Shown here: positions 1-5,119 of the stretch, in pieces
How the letters are laid out: every line of letters begins with the position of its first letter
How positions within the stretch are numbered: the stretch's first letter is position 1
Source: Fonticula alba ATCC 38817
Taxonomy: Eukaryota; Protista; Nucleariida
Reading direction: 5' to 3' (one strand)
Length of the DNA: 5,119 nt
Assembly: GCA_000388065.2 (NCBI GenBank)
Contig: KB932210.1
Translations under genes and position numbers: made by a program
The notes under the pieces: generated by a model
The model's database searches: none
What the model was told of the DNA's origin: nothing
The model's input: only the letters and a program-made list of their open reading frames with translations

Positions 1-646
1 CCCCCCCCCGCCCCCCGCCCGGCCCCAGGGCCCGCCATTCGGCCGCCGCGCCGCCCCTGCCCACCGCCGGTGGCCCCCTGCATGGCGTGTGGGCCCGGCT
101 CCGACGCGTGCCGGCGTATGTGTGTGAGGTGGCAGGTATTCACGCGAAGAAGGGCCCCGGCTGCCCAGTATGGCAGGCTTGCGTGGCCGTCATGCGGCCG
201 GCGGTCCGCCACACGGGCGGCCGTCGGAGGGGGGGCGAGCCCGGCGGCCCCGGGCCGGCCCCCGCAGGGCCCGAAGCCCGGGACACACCCACCTGCGCAG
301 GGGGTGTTCTTTCCCCGCAAGACATTCCGCCGGCCGGCTGCCCTGGGATGACACCAGCCACCCGGCCCAACATGCGTGTCGTTCTGTCCCTCTCTCTGTG
401 GGGGGCGGGGCGGGCTCGTGCGCGGTGGTTGGCATGGCGGCTGGCGGGGAGCCGCGGCGGCCAGATCGGCCGATCGGCCCTTTCCCCGGCCGCCCGGGCC
501 GGCGTCCTCCCGCGGGTGGGGAGCCAAGCGCCCGGGACTGATCGGCCGGCAGGACGGCAGCCGCCTGTGCCCGGGCCGCCAGCCAGATAGATCTCCCGTC
601 TCCCGCGCGCGCACCCCGGCACCGGCCCGTCGCGCTGTCCCCTCCG

Positions 647-687
647 CCCCCCCCCCCCCCCCCTCCCTCCCTCCCTCTCTCCTTCTT
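647..687. repeat. 41-nt pure pyrimidine tract (C17 then CCCT repeats) just upstream of the start codon; G-quadruplex/i-motif/triplex-capable
   Basis: C run 647-663, (CCCT)4 661-676, CTCTCCTTCTT to 687. The minus strand reads (GGGA)n plus a G run. Confidence 0.85.
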
Positions 688-724
688 GCCTGCCGCCCGC
701 ACGCCTGTCGGGCACCCCTTCGCC

Positions 725-853
725 ATGCGTGCCTCCGGTGGCCGGTGTGGGCGTCCGCCCCGCCCCGAGCAGCACCGGGCCGCCGCATTTCCCACCCTGG
801 GCCTGGTGCTTTTGGCGCTCGTGCTGGCGCTCCTGCACTCGGGGGCTACCTCC
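725..853 (+). other. Predicted long signal peptide (basic n-region of ~24 aa, hydrophobic h-region, cleavage near SGA/TS or ATS/SE)
   Basis: Arg-rich N-terminus, then LGLVLLALVLALL (797-835), then small residues HSGATS. Judged by eye; no predictor was run. Confidence 0.75.
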
Positions 854-2123
854 TCCGAAATCATCCACTACCAGATAGCCCCCGGGGGCGACCTCTGCCC
901 CGGGTTGTCGAACCCCTCGGGCGCGGCCCTGCACCGGTTCGACCCGGGCCGGCCGACCCAGCTGGCCCGCGCGTACCCGGGCCAGTCGGTCATCTGCACC
1001 CTGGAGCAGCAGACCCCCCCGGCCACCGGCAACGGCCGGGACTTCCGCACCGGGGCCCGATTCCTGGACCACGACCAGGACCAGAACCTCGGCCTCCTGT
1101 CCACATGCCGCGAGACCAGCAGCCTGGCCACCGACGAGTTGATCGCCTTTCAAGGCGTGACCCCCAGCCCGGAAGGCCCCTGCCATGTTGGCTTCGGCAA
1201 CAACCGGATGTGCGTGTGGTCCTCGACCAACGACTGGCAATGCACCACCCCGACAGGTGTCAGCAAATACCTCGGTCACCGCGCCCTCACTCAAACCTCC
1301 CTGCAAGGGCCTTTCCTCGCTCAAAATCCCGCGCACCTCATGCTCTTTGAGTCCGGAAACCCCACACCCCTCCGCACCCTCCCGGCCCCGAGCTCGCCCC
1401 CCGCCAGGGCCATCCTCTCACCAAGCGGCAGCATTTATGTCTGGTCCGGGACCAGCCTTCGGGTCTTCTTCCCCGGGGGCTCACCCTCCCTCGCCTTCAA
1501 GGACATCACGCCGGTCCAGGCCAGCATCTTGGATGTGGCGGTCCTGCCGCTGGATGCGCAATCGCCGGATGGCCTGGTTTTGCTTTTGTCCAATGGCCAG
1601 GTCCGCATTTATCCCAAGGCGACTGCAGACGCGCTGGGCGGCTCGGCCTCCTTCCAGCTCACCCTGCCGTCTGGCATGGGCCCGGACTTTTGCCTCATCG
1701 CGCCCATGCGCTCCGAGTTCCCGCAAGCCTCGCAAACCCGGCCCCCCTGGATCCATGTGGTGCACACCGTTGAGGGACAGCTCTTCCAGCTGAGCCTGGA
1801 CTTCACCCATCCCCAGGCGGTGGCACTGTCGGAGGTGGCCCTGCCGCCGAATGCCGAGCAGGCCACATCCCTCAGGCCCTTCCAGCTGCTCGACTCCCAG
1901 GGCCAAGCCATCTGGGGCCTGGCCAATCGCAAGCTCTACCTGCCGAGCAGCATCTTCTCCCTGAACAACAGCGACCAGTCCATCCGCTGCGACGACGCCA
2001 CCTCCGAGGCCAAGCATGATGACGGATACACCTGCCAGGACTCCCGCGAGAGGGCCCTCTTCGCCCGGGACCAGGCCCTCTGCTCGGCCTGTGCCCTGGG
2101 CCGCCGGTTTACGGACTCACGGC
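725..2123 (+). CDS. Coding exon 1 of a large secreted/cell-surface furin-like Cys-rich repeat protein (signal peptide + domain A + first half of an FU module); joins 2551..>5119
   Basis: First in-frame ATG at 725 in a GCC-ATG context (the ORF track start at 686 is a TTG). Open frame with C/G-ending codon bias. Begins MRASGGRCGRPPRPEQHRAAAFPTLGLVLLALVLALLHSGATS, ends ...LCSACALGRRFTDSR+C at donor CGGC|GTACGT (2123/2124). After this point the frame degenerates into HTHTHARTHAR microsatellite translation. Confidence 0.85.
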
Positions 2124-2141
2124 GTACGTCGGCTCGGCTGC

Positions 2142-2180
2142 CACACACACACACACACGCACGCACGCACGCACGCACGC
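2142..2180 (+). repeat. Compound microsatellite (CA)8 followed by (ACGC)6, intronic
   Basis: CACACACACACACACAC 2142-2158 overlapping ACGC x6 at 2157-2180. Confidence 0.95.
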
Positions 2181-2257
2181 TCGCACACGCCCCAAGCAAA
2201 CAGCCACATGGCAGCATCCCCCCCCGCCGCGGTCCATCGGCGCCTGGCCCGCCGCCC

Positions 2258-2268
2258 GTGTGTGTGTG
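2258..2268 (+). repeat. Short (GT)n microsatellite, intronic
   Basis: GTGTGTGTGTG at 2258-2268. Confidence 0.9.
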
Positions 2269-2300
2269 CTCGCCTCCGTGGCTCCCTCCCCCGCGCTTGC

Positions 2301-2307
2301 CCCTGAC
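2301..2307 (+). promoter_or_regulatory. Candidate intron branch point CCCTGAC (branch A 2306)
   Basis: The only YTRAY match I found in the intron. Followed by pyrimidine-rich sequence and no AG until 2544. Confidence 0.45.
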
Positions 2308-2550
2308 CCGCTTCGCATTCTCGTGCCCTGGCTGGGGCTTCCGCGCGCACTGCCCCCCCCACCCCCTCCCTGTGGGATGGGCCCTCTCCTCGTGCCTCGG
2401 CCACACCTGCCTGCGTGCGGCCCCCGGGGCTTCGCCGTGCGCCTGCCCCACGGCCCCGCTGTGCCGCACGCCACCGACCGATCCCGGGGCGGCGTGCGCG
2501 GTGCTCGGGAACCATGGGCGTCTGCGGCGGCTGCTCCTCGCCGAGGCCAG

Positions 2551-5119
2551 ACGCCTGCTCCGCCTGCCCGGACCACTGTGACGTCTGCTCCGACACGACG
2601 TGCCTCGTGTGCGAAAGTGGCCTGCATCTGGTCGTCCACCCCTCCACCGGGGACACCACCTGCGAGGAGGAATGCGCCAACATCGACCTCGCGGTCGATG
2701 ACTTGCCCCCCGATGGCCGGTGCCTGCCCGCGGTGCCGGACTCCTCGCCCGAGACCGGCGACGACCCGCTTTTTCCAACCCTCGCCACCACCAGCATGGG
2801 TTTGCAATTTCCGAATGGCCTTAGCGTGGTCTTCCGGTCGAGACTCTTCCCGGACAACAACCAATGCCACCTCCGCCGGGACACCTCCACGCCAGGCGAC
2901 CTGCTGGGCATCACTCAACAGTCCAACTTGCTCATCTCCATCGTCCCCGGCCCCAATGGGCCGACGTCGTTGACGACCACGCAGCTGCCGTGCCTGCCCA
3001 TTCTGCAGTTCACGATCATCGACGCGGTGGAGCTGGGCATCGCCGGCGGCCCGGCCCTGGTGCTGATGTGCATGGCCAACGGCTCCACTTTGTCCATGCG
3101 TTTCGCCTGCTCCGGGACGAGCGCCGGCGCCTCCGTCTGCCCGGTGGCCACGCCAGTGCCCTTCAACCTCAGCATCTCCAATTGTCGGTCCCTTCGCCGG
3201 TTGGCCGCGGACCTGGCCACGGTGCTGACGGACGACGGCACCGTGTACTTCCTGTCGCTGCCCGGGCCCAACTCGTCTCTGGAGGTCCGGCCGGCGGCCG
3301 GCCTGCCGGGGATGCATGGCCATCCGACCTGGCTGCCGGGCGTGCCGGAGTCCAACACGCCGGGCCACACGCCGTGGCTGCTGTTCGGCCAGGATGACCA
3401 GGCCCCCCACCCGGCCGGCACCCTGGCCGGGCATGCCCACCCGCTGGATCTCCTGCTGGCCGGGGACAGCCGCCTGCAAGTGGGCATGGGCCAGCGGGCG
3501 CTGGCCCGGCCGGCCGACACGCTGGCCAACTTCGAGGCCCTGACCCTGGGCCCGGCCCCGGGCGAGGTGTTCCTGTCCGGGCTCCGGCTGGCGGACGGGC
3601 AGGTGGTCTGGCAGGCGGCCCACCTGCCGGCCGGGTCCCACTGGCATGGCCGCAGCACGGGCATTCCCAGCAACCTCGAGGCATTGGGCACCCTCCCGGG
3701 GTCCAGTACGTCGGTCCCCAGCCACCGGGTCCTGCCGGTGGACCTGCCGGCCCCGGCCGAGCCGCCGAGCCTCGGCTACCGCGTCCCGGGGCTGCTGGTT
3801 CTCCGGACCGCCGGGCATGTCGGCCTGTCGGCCCTCCTGTGCCACCCCTCCACCGGGGCCTGCTGGCTGCAGGCTGCCCGCTTCCTGCCGGCGCCGGAGT
3901 CCCTCCTGGACGGCCTTTCGGTGGCGGTCTTTGCGGCGCACGCCAGCGGCATCGCCGGTGCCGGCATGCTGGCCACGCCGCCGGACCCCGGCATCCTTGT
4001 GGTCCATGTGCTGCTGGCCTCCCCCGATGAACAGTCCCAGCCCGTGATGCTGTCCATGGCCCTGGACCTCTGCCTGGAGGGGACCCATGGGCCGGCCTGT
4101 GCGGCCTGCCATCCGGCCTGCGCATCCTGCACCGGCCCGGGCCTGGGGGACTGCACCAGCTGCACCTTTCGCCTGGCCGGGACCGCGAACGATGGCCAGT
4201 CCTGCCTGGCCTCATGCACCGGCGCCTCGGTCACTGGCTTCCACCGGGGCACCTGCGCGTGCCATGACGATTGCGATGGCTGCGAGGTGCAACACCTGGG
4301 CCCGAGCACCGACCCCCTGCCGACGGTGGTCTGCACCGCATGCCACGGGGCCAAGGTCCCCTCGGTCCCCCCTGCCATCGGGGCGTCCGGCTGTCTGGAT
4401 TGCCACACGACGTGCGCCAAGTGCTCGGTGCCGGGAGAAGCGCTGGCCTGCACGGAATGCTTCCCGGGCCAGGGCCTGCTCCACCAAAACGAGTGCCGGG
4501 CAACTTGCCCACCGGGCTTCCGGCCCGACGCCGCCAGCGCCGCATGCATCGCCTGCCAGCCGCGCTGCCTGGCATGCGGCCAGGATGACACCTGTACCGA
4601 CTGCGTGGCGGGCTACTTCCCCCAGGGGCCAGCGTGCCAGCCCTGTGCCAGCTCCTGCGCCGCGTGCGCCGATGGGGCCGCCTGCACCGCCTGCCAGCCG
4701 GGGCTGGTCTTCCTGGACCCGGACCCGGGCGTGCCGTCCCTCTGCGGCAGCACCTGCGCCCCGGGCGAGTATGTCGGCGCCGGCCGGTGCGCCGCGTGCG
4801 ATGGGTCGTGTGAGCTGTGCGCCGGCGGGCCGGACCAGTGCCGGGTGTGCGCCGAGGGGTTCCGCTGGGCCGGGCCCGCCCCGGGCCCCGGCGGCACCGG
4901 CACATGCGTCGCCTGTGAGCCGGGGTGCGCCTCCTGCACGGGCACCGCATGTCTGTCCTGTGCTCCCGGGCTCCTGCTCACGGCGGCCGGCGCATGTGTC
5001 AGTGCCTGCCCGGCCGGGTCGTTCAGCAACGGCGAGTCGTGCCAGCCGTGCGACATTAGTTGCGCCGCCTGCGCCGGTGGCATGGGCAACCAGTGCACAG
5101 ACTGTGCCGCCGGGCTGGA
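2551..5119 (+). CDS. Coding exon 2 (3'-partial) of the same protein: rest of FU module, domain B, tandem furin-like Cys-rich repeats; probable receptor-like ectodomain
   Basis: Manual translation shows no stop from 2307 to 5119 in the frame with codons at 2553, 2556, etc.: ACSACPDHCDVC...DLCLEGTHGPACAACHPACASCTGPGLGDCTSC...CQPCDISCAACAGGMGNQCTDCAAGL. Strong GC3 bias. N-glycosylation sequons NGS (3078), NLS (3165), NSS (3270). Confidence 0.92.
4071..5119 (+). repeat. Tandem array of at least 8 furin-like (FU / growth-factor-receptor Cys-rich) protein repeats
   Basis: Cores CHPACASC, CHDDCDGC, CHTTCAKC, CQPRCLAC, CASSCAAC, CDGSCELC, CEPGCASC, CDISCAAC, each followed by a C-x2-C (CTSC, CTAC, CTEC, CTDC, CTAC, CRVC, CLSC, CTDC). 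Confidence 0.92.

Larger units (their letters stand above)
2124..2550 (+). other. Spliceosomal GT-AG intron, 427 nt, phase 1
   Basis: Donor GTACGT 2124-2129, acceptor CCAG 2547-2550. Splicing gives C+AC=His and an unbroken furin-like repeat CSACALGRRFTDSR-H-ACSACPDHCDVCSDTTCLVC, shifting into the frame open to the window end. Contains CA/ACGC/GT microsatellites and C-rich tracts. Confidence 0.85.
1988..2723 (+). other. Central furin-like Cys-rich module (interrupted by the intron)
   Basis: Spliced translation CDDATSEAKHDDGYTC...LCSAC...HACSACPDHCDVCSDTTCLVCESG...TTCEEEC...GRC matches the C-x2-C-x3-C-x2-C...C-x2-C...C-x3-C FU pattern. Confidence 0.75.

Noticed and set aside
1-28. G-quadruplex-like run on the minus strand at the window edge
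   Set aside because: Truncated by the window boundary, and such C/G runs are common in this sequence; not distinctive on its own.
2195-2214. Nearer acceptor AGs at 2196, 2203 and 2214 (short-intron models)
   Set aside because: 2196 and 2214 lead to TGA 2304-2306; 2203 enters the frame ending at 2973. None reaches the FU array.
2412-2498. TGCGTGCG (2412-2419) and GCGTGCG (2492-2498) complementary to the (ACGC)6 repeat
   Set aside because: Matches of 7-8 nt are expected by chance in sequence this GC-rich, and they would conflict topologically with the AC/GT stem.
686-2581. 631-aa ORF taken as a complete single-exon gene starting at 686
   Set aside because: 686 is TTG; the first ATG is 725. 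Beyond 2123 the translation is microsatellite-derived, and splicing 2123/2551 restores a continuous furin-like repeat.
2109-4112. 667-aa minus-strand ORF and other long antisense ORFs (140..1336, 190..864, 1481..2017, 1936..2778, 2117..2914, 2915..3691, 3169..4215, 3776..4591, 4231..4950, 4613..5098)
   Set aside because: Shadow ORFs from high GC and GC3 bias of the + strand gene. Translations are R/G/P/A-rich or mirror sense codons (QAAHAAQ opposite Cys repeats) and show no domain pattern.
376-4588. Alternative-frame + strand ORFs (376..1350, 1185..1793, 2260..2973, 2864..3397, 3316..3543, 3646..4047, 4212..4487, 4271..4588)
   Set aside because: Off-frame products overlapping the real CDS; Pro/Arg/Ala/Gly-rich with no recognisable motifs.
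4071-5119. Naming the gene furin/PCSK5, EGFR, R-spondin or a Giardia-type VSP
   Set aside because: Only the generic FU repeat is shared. No subtilisin catalytic motifs, L domains, TSP1 domain or VSP tail are visible, so no gene symbol is given.
1-5119. Prokaryotic system (operon, CRISPR, IS element, RNA genes)
   Set aside because: A GT-AG intron, Kozak-type start, signal peptide with N-glycan sequons and disulfide-rich repeats indicate a eukaryotic gene. No spaced direct repeats, transposase, tRNA or rRNA signatures were seen.

Overview
Very GC-rich eukaryotic genomic DNA holding the 5' part of one large intron-containing gene on the + strand: join(725..2123, 2551..>5119), at least 1322 aa and running off the window end. 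The main exon-2 reading frame (codons at positions divisible by 3, open 2307..5119) is missing from the supplied ORF track because it has no stop in the window. The spliced protein reads: long signal peptide, ~378-aa Cys-poor domain A, a furin-like Cys-rich module split by the intron, ~449-aa Cys-poor domain B, then at least 8 tandem furin-like (FU) repeats. This looks like the ectodomain of a cell-surface or receptor-like protein. The style (high GC, CA/GT-rich intron, FU arrays) recalls the expanded receptor-like/TKL-kinase families of the amoeba Fonticula alba, but that attribution is inference from memory, not a database result. No transmembrane or kinase domain is visible in the window. 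Bases 1-724 look intergenic/5' UTR. The most unusual signals are in the 427-nt intron (distant branch-point candidate, 329-nt AG-free zone, complementary AC/GT repeats, FU-like in-frame 3' end) and in the strict 8-Cys/6-Cys alternation of the FU array. No RNA genes, CRISPR arrays or mobile elements were seen.
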